Part shown: piece by piece, positions 1 through 9,287 of the stretch
Position numbering within the stretch: position 1 is the first letter of the stretch
Layout of the letters: every line of letters begins with the position of its first letter
Virus record (IMG/VR): IMGVR_UViG_3300005573_001035
Span: 73,620-137,619 of that record
DNA length: 64,000 bases
Origin: a virus
Strand: one strand, 5' to 3'
Notes under the pieces: model-generated
What the model saw: the letters and a program-made list of their open reading frames with translations, nothing else
Told to the model about the DNA's origin: nothing
Database searches by the model: none
Position numbers and translations under genes: made by a program

Positions 1-2731
1 CAGAATACCCAGAGAAACCACTCGTACCAGAATAACCCGAGAAACCACTCACACCTGAGTAACCAGAATAACCGCTTGAACCAGGGTTATCACCTGAGAA
101 TCCTGAGTACCCCGAAAACCCTGAGTATCCCGAATAGCCACTCGAGCCGGGATTATCGCCCGAGAATCCTGAGTAGCCTGAGAAACCACTCAAGCCACTG
201 TAACCAGAAAAACCACTCGTACCAGAATACCCAGAAAAACCGCTTACGCCAGAATAGCCACTAAAACCACTCCTACCAGAGTAACCCGAGAAACCACTCA
301 CGCCTGAGTAACCAGAATAACCACTCGAACCAGGGTTATCGCCCGAGAATCCCGAGTAACCACTAAATCCACTCCTACCAGAGTAACCCGAGAAACCACT
401 CACGCCTGAGTAGCCAGAATAACCACTTATTCCGGCGGGACCTTGAAGACCAGAATAGCCAGAGAAACCGCTTACGCCAGAATAGCCACTAAAACCACTT
501 ATACCTGAGTATCCCGAATAACCACTCGAACCAGGATTATCGCCCGAGTATCCTGAGTAACCACTAAATCCACTCGTACCAGAATACCCCGAAAAACCAC
601 TTACTCCCGAGTATCCTGAGTAACCACTTATTCCAGCAGGACCCTGAGGACCAGAATACCCGGAGAAACCACTCGTACCTTCAGGACCTTGTGGGCCAGA
701 GTACCCACTGAATCCACTAAAACCTGAGTAGCCACTAAAGCCGCTTGTTCCTTCAGGACCTTGTGAACCAGAATACCCACTGAATCCACTTACACCAGAG
801 TAACCAGAGAAACCGCTTGTTCCTTCAGGACCTTGTGGACCGGAATATCCCGAGAACCCACTTACTCCTGAATAACCACTAAAGCCGCTAGTTCCTTGAG
901 GACCCTGAGGTCCAGAAAAACCTGAGTAGCCAGAGAAACCACTTATTCCAGCGGGACCTTGAGGACCAGAATAACCCGAGAAACCACTCACTCCTGAGTA
1001 ACCACTAAAGCCGCTTGTTCCTTCAGGACCTTGTGGACCGGAATATCCCGAGAACCCACTAAAACCTGAGTATCCTGAGTAACCACTCGAGCCAGGGCTA
1101 TCTCCAGAATAACCCGAGAATCCACTAAAACCTGAGTATCCTGAATAGCCACTCGAGCCAGGGCTATCTCCAGAATAACCCGAGAATCCACTAAAACCTG
1201 AGTATCCTGAATAGCCACTCGAGCCAGGCATATCGCCGCTATAGCCCGAGAATCCACTAAAACCAGAATACCCACTAAAACCACTTATTCCTTCAGGTCC
1301 TTGTGGACCAGAGTAGCCAGAGAAACCACTAAAACCTGAGTAGCCAGAATAACCACTTATTCCAGTGGGACCTTGTGGTCCAGAATAACCCGAGAATCCA
1401 CTAAAACCAGAATACCCACTAAAACCACTTATTCCTTCAGGTCCTTGAGAGCCAGAATAACCCGAGAAACCACTCACTCCTGAGTAGCCACTAAAACCAG
1501 AAACACCTTCTAACCCAGAATATCCTGAGAAACCGCTCGTACCAGAATACCCACTAAAACCGCTAGTTCCTGCAGGACCCTGAGGACCAGAATACCCGGA
1601 GAAACCACTTGTGCCCGAATAACCACTAAAACCAGATGTTCCCGAAACGCCTTGAGGTCCAGAATATCCTGAGAAGCCACTAAAACCAGAATACCCACTA
1701 AAACCGCTAGTTCCTGCTGGTCCTTGAGGTCCAGAATATCCTGAGAAGCCACTAAAACCTGAGTATCCTGAGTAACCACTCGAACCGGGTATATCGCCAC
1801 TATAACCCGAGAATCCACTAAAACCAGAATACCCACTAAAACCACTAGTTCCTGCTGGTCCTTGAGGTCCAGAATACCCTGAGAATCCACTAAAACCTGA
1901 GTAACCACTCGAGCCAGCAGGGCCCTGGGGTCCTGAGAAACCGCTAGAACCTGAGTAGCCAGAGAAACCACTTATTCCAGCGGGACCTTGAGGACCAGAG
2001 TAACCAGAAAAACCACTAAAACCTGAGTATCCAGAATAACCACTTATTCCAGCGGGACCTTGAGGACCAGAGTAACCAGAAAAACCACTTGCGCCAGAAT
2101 AGCCACTTGAGCCAGGAAGATCACCACTAAAACCCGAGTATCCCGAATAGCCACTCCACCCGCTTACTCCAGAATAACCTGAGTAACCACTAAGACCAGT
2201 TCCAGAATATCCACTAAAACCTGAGTAGCCACTCCACCCACTCACTCCAGAATAACCTGAGTAACCCGAATAGCCACTCCGCCCACTCGTTCCAGAATAA
2301 CCCGAGAAACCACTTGGGCCTGCTGGACCTGGAGAACCCGAGTAACCCGAATAGCCACTCCGCCCACTCGTTCCAGAATAACCTGAGTATCCAGACCATC
2401 CAGATCTACCACTCGTTCCAGAATAACCCGAGTAACCCGAATAGCCACTCCGCCCACTCGTTCCAGAATACCCAGAGAAACCACTATAACCTACTGGACC
2501 TGGAGAACCCGAGTAACCAGACCATCCAGAGAAACCCATCCTACCACTATAACCACTCACTCCTGAGTAGCCACTAAATCCAGAGAAACCACTATGACCA
2601 GAAACTGCCTTCTTAGTAGAGGGAAAATAACTAGAACTAATAGAATAAGGTAAATCTGGAGCTTTCTCCTCTCCTGCAAATCCAGGAGGAGTAGGTAAGG
2701 ATATAGGAGGTTTAGTTGGGTTGTTTGCCAT
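1..2731 (-). CDS. Giant Gly-X-Ser (SGFSGYSG) collagen-like repeat protein, 3' end runs off the window
   Basis: Absent from the ORF track because it has no stop in the window. ATG at 2731 (MANNPTKPPISLPTPPGFAGEEK...) is followed by G-F-S/G-Y-S/G-P-Q triplets, and the same frame still reads GFSGYS at positions 2-19. Confidence 0.85.
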   Translation of the reverse strand, partial: MANNPTKPPISLPTPPGFAGEEKAPDLPYSISSSYFPSTKKAVSGHSGFSGFSGYSGVSGYSGRMGFSGWSGYSGSPGPVGYSGFSGYSGTSGRSGYSGYSGYSGTSGRSGWSGYSGYSGTSGRSGYSGYSGSPGPAGPSGFSGYSGTSGRSGYSGYSGYSGVSGWSGYSGFSGYSGTGLSGYSGYSGVSGWSGYSGYSGFSGDLPGSSGYSGASGFSGYSGPQGPAGISGYSGYSGFSGFSGYSGPQGPAGISGFSGYSGSSGFSGPQGPAGSSGYSGFSGFSGYSGPQGPAGTSGFSGYSGFSGFSGYSGDIPGSSGYSGYSGFSGFSGYSGPQGPAGTSGFSGYSGFSGFSGYSGPQGVSGTSGFSGYSGTSGFSGYSGPQGPAGTSGFSGYSGTSGFSGYSGLEGVSGFSGYSGVSGFSGYSGSQGPEGISGFSGYSGFSGFSGYSGPQGPTGISGYSGYSGFSGFSGYSGPQGPEGISGFSGYSGFSGFSGYSGDMPGSSGYSGYSGFSGFSGYSGDSPGSSGYSGYSGFSGFSGYSGDSPGSSGYSGYSGFSGFSGYSGPQGPEGTSGFSGYSGVSGFSGYSGPQGPAGISGFSGYSGFSGPQGPQGTSGFSGYSGVSGFSGYSGPQGPEGTSGFSGYSGVSGFSGYSGSQGPEGTSGFSGYSGFSGFSGYSGPQGPEGTSGFSGYSGPQGPAGISGYSGYSGVSGFSGYSGTSGFSGYSGYSGDNPGSSGYSGYSGISGFSGYSGVSGFSGYSGLQGPAGISGYSGYSGVSGFSGYSGRSGFSGYSGFSGDNPGSSGYSGYSGVSGFSGYSGRSGFSGYSGVSGFSGYSGTSGFSGYSGLSGFSGYSGFSGDNPGSSGYSGYSGFSGYSGFSGDNPGSSGYSGYSGVSGFSGYSGTSGFSGYS

Positions 2732-2841
2732 ATTCTCTTGTATAAATCTCTCCTTGTTTATTTTAGAAGCTACTAGAACTATTCTCGTTATAGAGTTAAG
2801 TCAGCAAAAAGAAATAAACACCCCAACAGAAAAAAGCATAC

Positions 2842-3369
2842 CTACTTTACTATCCCAAAAACTACATGTAACCATCCGTCATATGGAATCTTATGAAAGA
2901 AACATTCTTCAATGAATTTCTGGATTCTGTCTTTTGGTTCTTGCTCGTTGCTATTTGTCGTAGGAATCATAGAATTCATTAGCAAGAATCCTACTAGACC
3001 ACCCGTTCTATCTTTACCTCCAGCGCAATGGATCCAAACTTTTTTCTTTGAGCAGATACTCGATTGAGCCACAGAAACAAAATGACGAAATCTTTCTAAA
3101 TCTTCTTCTTTCATAATACCAGTCGAAGAGAAATCATAGCACAAGTGTAAAACTGGCTTGGTTCGAAAAAAGTTAATCTCAGCCGCCTCAGGACCTCTTC
3201 TTTGATCTGGTCGAATGTTCATTGCTAAGACCACATCTGGTTTCATTAACCAGTACATAAGCCTAAGTCTAATGGGACCAAATTGTCCACTTCGATATAA
3301 CTGATCAGATAGAACTACGCCAAAGTTTTTCCATAATCTAGCAAGCAGCCATGAAAAGAATTGAGACAT
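2842..3369 (-). CDS. Tyrosine/dual-specificity protein phosphatase (PTP/DSP fold)
   Basis: Catalytic loop WIHCAGGKDRTG (HCx5R) and N-terminal LYRSGQ motif. Confidence 0.85.
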   Translation of the reverse strand: MSQFFSWLLARLWKNFGVVLSDQLYRSGQFGPIRLRLMYWLMKPDVVLAMNIRPDQRRGPEAAEINFFRTKPVLHLCYDFSSTGIMKEEDLERFRHFVSVAQSSICSKKKVWIHCAGGKDRTGGLVGFLLMNSMIPTTNSNEQEPKDRIQKFIEECFFHKIPYDGWLHVVFGIVK

Positions 3370-3473
3370 ATCTTTGCCTTTACTCCTTTTTTATTTGTAG
3401 AGAGTTTTGTTCTTTAGACAAAGAGCAAAGCTTCCCCTTCCTCATATATTTCATAGTACATTCAAACTAAGAT

Positions 3474-4619
3474 CTATTCTTCATACATTCCTGCGTTTTG
3501 AATATTCAAAATTAATAGAGGGGAAGAAATAGTTTCCCTATACATTCTATTATTTAGTTCTACAACTTGCTTATTAGAAGAGTAATCAATATAGAACTCA
3601 TTAGGACTAACTTGCTTAACTGGGTAAAAGAATCTAGATGGAATCACACCATCAAACCATCTAATTTTTTCGTATATTCTCACCCGAATCCTATTTCTAG
3701 CATTATATTTTGTTGCTATTCTCCGTAGTGTTCTTAGGTTATCGATGTGTTCAGAAAGCATTTCGTTGCTTAGAAAAGGAAAATCATTTAAGAGAGTTAT
3801 TTCTGCGGTTCCGTTGTGTTTGATAATCTCTTCAATTAGCTCTAAGCCCTTAACTACGTCATATCCTTTTTGTAATGTATCTACTATGGTTTGGGATAAA
3901 GCCTCTAGACCAATTAGAAATACATACTGAGAAAGGTCTCTATCTTGAAAAATAGAGACATCTAGATCTGGTCTAATAAAGAACTCAACAAAGATATTCT
4001 CAGGGAGATTCAAACTGGTAAACGCCTTCTCAAGAGTAGGACCAGGAACAGAATCTTGGCATGTAAAAATATAGATCTTGCTATCTATACTAGAAAGTCT
4101 TCCCCCAACATTTGCAAGTTCTGCTAAGACCTCGATAGATCCAGGTCGATTGTATCGAGATACATACTTTGAGTAACAAAATAGACAATCTCCATAGTAA
4201 CAACCATTTGCTATACTAAATGAGAATACTACGTTTTTAATCTTCTCATTTGAAGATAGCATCTTTTTAATGAAATCTTCAAAGTAGAAACTAAAATTGG
4301 ATGAGATATCTAAACCAAATGCTCTTTCAAAGGGCCCAGTAATAACTCGACACCTTGTTTCTTGAATAAAATCCATTAAGGGACCACCAAGAGTAAACTT
4401 ATCTGTAATTATGCTCTTGACCCTAGCATACTGGCTAGTAAAAAATAGAGATAAGAAGACATTATCCGAATCATTAAATACGTAATTAGTATGAAAATTA
4501 GATGGAATAAATACATGTAAATAATCATTCTCTTTAAGATAGTCATCGAAAAAGGAGTAGCCATTGAATATTCTTAAAGAATTGCCAGATATGCTATACA
4601 AAGTGATTGCATAGTTCAT
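3474..4619 (-). CDS. Radical SAM protein (resembles B12-binding/class B type)
   Basis: GCYYGDCLFC (Cx4Cx2C variant), IGLEALSQTIVDTLQKG, upstream LGGP. Confidence 0.75.
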   Translation of the reverse strand: MNYAITLYSISGNSLRIFNGYSFFDDYLKENDYLHVFIPSNFHTNYVFNDSDNVFLSLFFTSQYARVKSIITDKFTLGGPLMDFIQETRCRVITGPFERAFGLDISSNFSFYFEDFIKKMLSSNEKIKNVVFSFSIANGCYYGDCLFCYSKYVSRYNRPGSIEVLAELANVGGRLSSIDSKIYIFTCQDSVPGPTLEKAFTSLNLPENIFVEFFIRPDLDVSIFQDRDLSQYVFLIGLEALSQTIVDTLQKGYDVVKGLELIEEIIKHNGTAEITLLNDFPFLSNEMLSEHIDNLRTLRRIATKYNARNRIRVRIYEKIRWFDGVIPSRFFYPVKQVSPNEFYIDYSSNKQVVELNNRMYRETISSPLLILNIQNAGMYEE

Positions 4620-4648
4620 TTCTACTTTTTCCCTCTTTCAGAAAAAAG

Positions 4649-5233
4649 CTACATGCTTATAATCTTACAACCAGGATCTTTGCTTAACTCATCAATGGAA
4701 TCTAAGTCGTAAAAAAGCTCCCTATCAGATCGATTAAATAGGATAAGATGAACGTCCCCATCAGAATCTTTCATAATAACAAATTTGTTTTGTTTCAAAA
4801 TTGTAAGTAAATTAATGATCCACATATTCTTTACTGAGTACTGGGGTATTTCAATACTCAGATCCATACATATGATTATCTTTCCAGTGCTTTCTTCACA
4901 TACGTTCTTAATAACAAATCTTACATCACAAAAATCATATGGAATAATTTTACAGAACTCAACAAGATTCGAATTCTTAGCAAAAGATATACATTCTTCA
5001 TTCTTTTTATCGATAACAAATACGATGTCTATCCCATGATAAGATTCAATCTCAGTGCTCCGAATCATAGACAATAAGAACTCTAAAAAACTATCTTCCG
5101 AAACTCCCTCATCTACCAAAATTAGAATAAGAACTTCTTTTTCTTTATTTGGGCTTGATCCAAGGAGATGGAGAAAATTAGTATACCGAAGATTGAATTC
5201 TACCTTGCCACATTTCTTTTTAACAAACTTCAT
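4649..5233 (-). CDS. Hypothetical protein, possibly a degenerate GT-A glycosyltransferase
   Basis: IVFVID...STGKIIICMD pattern resembles the GT-2 core; lies in a cluster of modification enzymes. Confidence 0.35.
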   Translation of the reverse strand: MKFVKKKCGKVEFNLRYTNFLHLLGSSPNKEKEVLILILVDEGVSEDSFLEFLLSMIRSTEIESYHGIDIVFVIDKKNEECISFAKNSNLVEFCKIIPYDFCDVRFVIKNVCEESTGKIIICMDLSIEIPQYSVKNMWIINLLTILKQNKFVIMKDSDGDVHLILFNRSDRELFYDLDSIDELSKDPGCKIISM

Positions 5234-5268
5234 TCTTTCCTCTCAAACTTAGTCTTAAAGAAAAAGAA

Positions 5269-5925
5269 CTAGATCTTAGTCAAAACAAATTGTATATCCG
5301 AAACTACGTTATTATAGTTCTTTTGAGCAAATGCAATTCTATCTCTCGGTTGAATTGATGGAGACCAATCTTCGGTTGTAGACAGAAAGAAACTTTCAAG
5401 CTTAAAGTAAGGTTTGTTCTCTATACCGTATCTAAGAAGCAAGTCTTTAGAAAACTCGTACCATGGATCACTATCTTCAATCTTAATCCATGGTAGAACA
5501 GATAGCTCTGAAACAAATCTTTTTACTTTGTAACAAACCGTTTGATTTATACTCGTATAGTAAGTACTTTGAATTAGCAATGTCCCACTAGATTTTAGCA
5601 AAGTATGTAAATTTTTCATTAAGGTGTGAATATCTGTAACTTGTTCAAACTGGTAGTACAAAAAAATCTTATCAAACTCAACGCGTTGAAATAAAAGACT
5701 ATCTAGATCCTCTGGATCATGATAAGCATAGAATGTAGACTTATTGTCCTCAGGCGGCAGGCCCACCTTGCAATATGATTCTGGAAGAATAAGAACTAGC
5801 TCTTTGTAAGATTCAAGATCGTGGAAAGGTTTCTTTCCTGGTTTCGACCTGCTAGTTTCATTACTACTAGTTAGATTCGTTACTTTAGGCTCTTTGAGTT
5901 TTTCTTCCATCTTAATTTCCCCCAA
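5269..5925 (-). CDS. Class I SAM methyltransferase-like protein (degenerate)
   Basis: FDKIFLYYQFEQV...MKNLHTLLKSSGTLLIQSTY resembles the 'FD.I......EH....E..R.LKPGG.L.I..P' segment; motif I is not evident. Confidence 0.5.
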   Translation of the reverse strand: MGEIKMEEKLKEPKVTNLTSSNETSRSKPGKKPFHDLESYKELVLILPESYCKVGLPPEDNKSTFYAYHDPEDLDSLLFQRVEFDKIFLYYQFEQVTDIHTLMKNLHTLLKSSGTLLIQSTYYTSINQTVCYKVKRFVSELSVLPWIKIEDSDPWYEFSKDLLLRYGIENKPYFKLESFFLSTTEDWSPSIQPRDRIAFAQKNYNNVVSDIQFVLTKI

Positions 5926-5949
5926 CTTTCTCTTCTTTGTACATGTTTT

Positions 5950-6819
5950 CTAGAATACCTCTCCTGTGAATATATTCAAATGGCCAAGTACAATCCCAGT
6001 ATGAACCGCCAGTTTGTAACCATTTTCAACAGCTTTCTTCATAAAGAATAAATCTTGAGTTGAGTAGGCAATCGTTCCAACTTCGGTAATTTCATTCTGA
6101 GTCTTAAACCATTTACCATCTGTTTTAAGCCTAGGATCTTCGAAAAGAGTTCTCTTCATTAGAGTGAACCCCATTCCCATACCATTACACTCAACAATGT
6201 CTCCTGGTTTCCAGTCCGTTCTTGGGGAAAAGTTATCTTCACCTGGAGTTCCCAAGATAAGAGGAGTAGGAGGAATTCCTTTTGTATGGTACAAGCCCCC
6301 AACAATATCATACTTATCGGTTAATTTCACAAGCTCTAAGAATGGGCCCTGTGTATTGGGCATAGATGGAATCAGTATATCATCTTCAACAAACAAAAAG
6401 AATGGTATATTATCAAATGCTTTATTTCTTAAGATCTCCTCAATTACTACATTGTATGCATCTGCGACTTCGAAACCCACAGCAAACATTCTGAAAAAAG
6501 GATGGTTCAAAGGCTTTATAATCCTATCCCAAGAATCAACTACCATGGGATGGATTCCAGTTACGATAGTCGTTTCAACTTGCTCAACCTTACCGCAATT
6601 CTTACAAACAATATTCTTTCTCTTTACATACTTGCCCCTAGTAGCTACTATCATTATACAGCCTAGATTCTTAAAAGAATTCCCAAATAGAAACTTAGAT
6701 CGTTTATCTTTTACGGAAGAATCTGAAACTAGATTTTCTATAGTGGTAATGGGGGCATTGGTAACTTTTTTCGGAATTCTCTTCTTAGATTGTCTCTTCA
6801 TTTTCTGATTCTCGTCCAT
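5950..6819 (-). CDS. Glycosyltransferase (GT-A/GT2-like)
   Basis: FFLFVEDDIL (DxD-like), DIVGGLY, VECNGMGMGFTLM, QDLFFMKKA..GYKLAVHTGIVLGH. Confidence 0.8.
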   Translation of the reverse strand: MDENQKMKRQSKKRIPKKVTNAPITTIENLVSDSSVKDKRSKFLFGNSFKNLGCIMIVATRGKYVKRKNIVCKNCGKVEQVETTIVTGIHPMVVDSWDRIIKPLNHPFFRMFAVGFEVADAYNVVIEEILRNKAFDNIPFFLFVEDDILIPSMPNTQGPFLELVKLTDKYDIVGGLYHTKGIPPTPLILGTPGEDNFSPRTDWKPGDIVECNGMGMGFTLMKRTLFEDPRLKTDGKWFKTQNEITEVGTIAYSTQDLFFMKKAVENGYKLAVHTGIVLGHLNIFTGEVF

Positions 6820-6949
6820 CTTTCTTTCCTACCTCCTAGATCCAAGTATATCTCGTGGTGGTTTCTATACATCTTTCCAAGAAATCGGCTTAGAGATTCC
6901 TATGCATTTTTCAGAAGATCTCCCCCTTGCCATTGAACAAATTGTCTAA

Positions 6950-7560
6950 AGCTAGAAACGAGAATCAATTTCTCTGTAATAAGAAGAATCTCGTCTGTCT
7001 AATCGACATATATAAACTAGTCCAGCCTCCAACAAAGCTGGATTCATTATACGATGTTTAAGAATAAGACAAAAAAATCATCAAAATCTTTCATAAAACC
7101 ACAGTTTTCTTAGTTGTATATCTAAGAAAGCTAACTTTGAGTAAGAACTAATAGGAGTAACCAGGTAGGGAGTTTTCTCAACAGATAGTTCTTGGATGCT
7201 TCTTACCTTAAAGAATGATAGTTTCTTAAGAGTGTCGCTTTCAATCCAAGAAATAGGCTGGTCTTCAGAGTTTACTCGTATTTTGTTCAAGAATCTAAGG
7301 ACCAAGTAATCTAATAGGTCTGATCTTTTGGTCTCAAACTTTTCCCTACAAAGTAACGAATCGAAGATTCATTCACAATATAACAATCTATAGAAAGTAA
7401 AGAATCTGAGTAATAAACTCACAATGTACCACGTCTTTGTATTCTCACCGATTAGAATTTGTTGCCAAAGATCATTAATTTCAAACCAATCAGAATATAA
7501 CTCGTTTTGAATGGTGGATGGTAGAAAACTATCTCTTATATACTCAGTAATGTAGTACTA
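6950..7560 (-). pseudogene. Possible decayed gene
   Basis: One minus frame is open from ~7557 to 7081 except for a single TGA near 7370; no good start or recognisable motif; ~800 bp gap in an otherwise dense genome. Confidence 0.25.
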
Positions 7561-7624
7561 CCAACCTGGAAAGGTTCAAACATTATTCTTGGCTCTTTCT
7601 TTTTTATGATACTAGCAAAACTAG

Positions 7625-8458
7625 TTAAGCAGCTCCAGTTTCTGGATCTATGGACGTAAACAGAATGTAAGGAATAACACATCCTCCCTGGTCAGTTACT
7701 ATTTGCGTATTTAGAATTGAAGATGGAAGGTTGTACGTAATCAGACCACCCCGACCTCCAACAAACGGAGCTGGAAACCGAGTGCCAAGAATTCCATCGG
7801 CTATTAAACCGCTGAGACTATAAGTCGAGGCAGTTGCTCCAGATCCCACAACATATCCTTTTACTCTCTGACCTACTATATAGATTTCGTATCCACTTGT
7901 GGTCCAGGAAGTTCCGAAAACACCAATTAGATATGTACTTCCGCCTACCAAGTTCACATTAAAGCTAGTCTGAAAAAGAAGCGCGTATCCGGAAATAGAC
8001 CCCTCACCTGAGAATCCGAACCAACCGTCCGTATAACTAGCGGTTGAAAACGTATTTCCAGTCTTGGTATATATACCAATCTCAATAGTGTACTCATTAC
8101 TCCAAGTTGCTGGTGAGGTTTCTAGATTATTTGTAAGCAAGATAGGTAATCTAACCGAGACAGCACTTACATTCCCAGGGACATATACTAAAGAAAAGAT
8201 CGGCACTGCATCATAACATCGGTGCGCTTCCGTTAGTTCTGGGATGGCGTTATTTCCGAGAGTGCAGAACCATCGCATTGATGAGAAAACAGTACTTCCG
8301 CCTACCAAGTCAACGTAAGATCCACCATTTATAGATTTCTTTAGTTTCAAAGTCGAGCTATCAAGGATAATATCACCCTCATTAGAACTAGATACAGAAG
8401 GAGATGTACAAGAACGAAGATTTTCCAGTACCTCTGTAAGAGTGCCTCGGAATTCCAT
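7625..8458 (-). CDS. Hypothetical virion/fibre-associated protein, paralog B
   Basis: Shares N-terminus (MEFxGT...VSSSNExxIILD...GGSY) and C-terminus (GTRFPAPxVGGR...PYILFTSIDPETGA) with 8463..9257; S/T/G-rich, beta-type composition. Confidence 0.6.
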   Translation of the reverse strand: MEFRGTLTEVLENLRSCTSPSVSSSNEGDIILDSSTLKLKKSINGGSYVDLVGGSTVFSSMRWFCTLGNNAIPELTEAHRCYDAVPIFSLVYVPGNVSAVSVRLPILLTNNLETSPATWSNEYTIEIGIYTKTGNTFSTASYTDGWFGFSGEGSISGYALLFQTSFNVNLVGGSTYLIGVFGTSWTTSGYEIYIVGQRVKGYVVGSGATASTYSLSGLIADGILGTRFPAPFVGGRGGLITYNLPSSILNTQIVTDQGGCVIPYILFTSIDPETGAA

Positions 8459-8462
8459 TTCT

Positions 8463-9257
8463 TTATAGGGTCGCTCCAGTTTCTGGATCTATCGATGTAA
8501 AGAGAATGTATGGAACAACAAATCCTCCCAGGTCAGATTTTATCTGGGTCGCAGATATGGGTGAAGGCAAAGCGGCGGTTGTCGTAGAAAACCGACCCCC
8601 AACAAGCGGAGCCGGGAACCGAGTACCAGCACCTCCCTCTGTTACTAAGCCTGCTATACTTACAGATGGTCCCGACATCTGTTTTCCAACTATAAACGCG
8701 TTGCCAGAAGTATTTGCCCTAGCAACTAGAACCCCAACTAAGTAATAGCTCCCAGACGCCAGCACCACAGAATTATTTTGTATCGCACTAGATGATATAT
8801 TAACAAAGTAGGCCTTACTATTCAGTAAAGTTGAGGACCCACTAAACGATACTGTTGCCGTCTGAACGAGAGCCCAGGTTGAGAAACCTCCAGTATATAA
8901 ACCAAAAGTTGCCGTATATGAGTTTGCTCCACTGGCGGTAAAATAAAAAGCCAATCTAATTAATTTTGCTGTCAGATTTCCTGGTACATACATAGAACTT
9001 AGCACCAGGTACTTATCGGTAGCTTGTGTAATATTAGTTAAACTCACCACAGCTGAGATTCCATCTGTCGCGGTAAACCATAACAAACTTAATGGTCTGC
9101 ACCCTATTTCCGAATACGATCCACCACTAATAGAGGCTTTTAGCTTCATATCATTGGCATCTAAGATAATATTAGCTTCGTTAGAACTTGATACAGGTGG
9201 TGATGATACCGCCTTAAGAGTTAGTTTTATCTTTTTGGTTGTACCCTTAAATTCCAA
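8463..9257 (-). CDS. Hypothetical virion/fibre-associated protein, paralog A
   Basis: Tandem paralog of 7625..8458; directly downstream of the spike-collagen gene. Confidence 0.6.
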   Translation of the reverse strand: MEFKGTTKKIKLTLKAVSSPPVSSSNEANIILDANDMKLKASISGGSYSEIGCRPLSLLWFTATDGISAVVSLTNITQATDKYLVLSSMYVPGNLTAKLIRLAFYFTASGANSYTATFGLYTGGFSTWALVQTATVSFSGSSTLLNSKAYFVNISSSAIQNNSVVLASGSYYLVGVLVARANTSGNAFIVGKQMSGPSVSIAGLVTEGGAGTRFPAPLVGGRFSTTTAALPSPISATQIKSDLGGFVVPYILFTSIDPETGATL

Positions 9258-9287
9258 CTTACCAGAAAACCTCCTTCGACAGTTATT

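Noticed and set aside
7625-8560. Diversity-generating retroelement TR/VR pair at the paralog 3' ends
   Set aside because: Differences are mostly synonymous and not adenine-specific; no reverse transcriptase in the window
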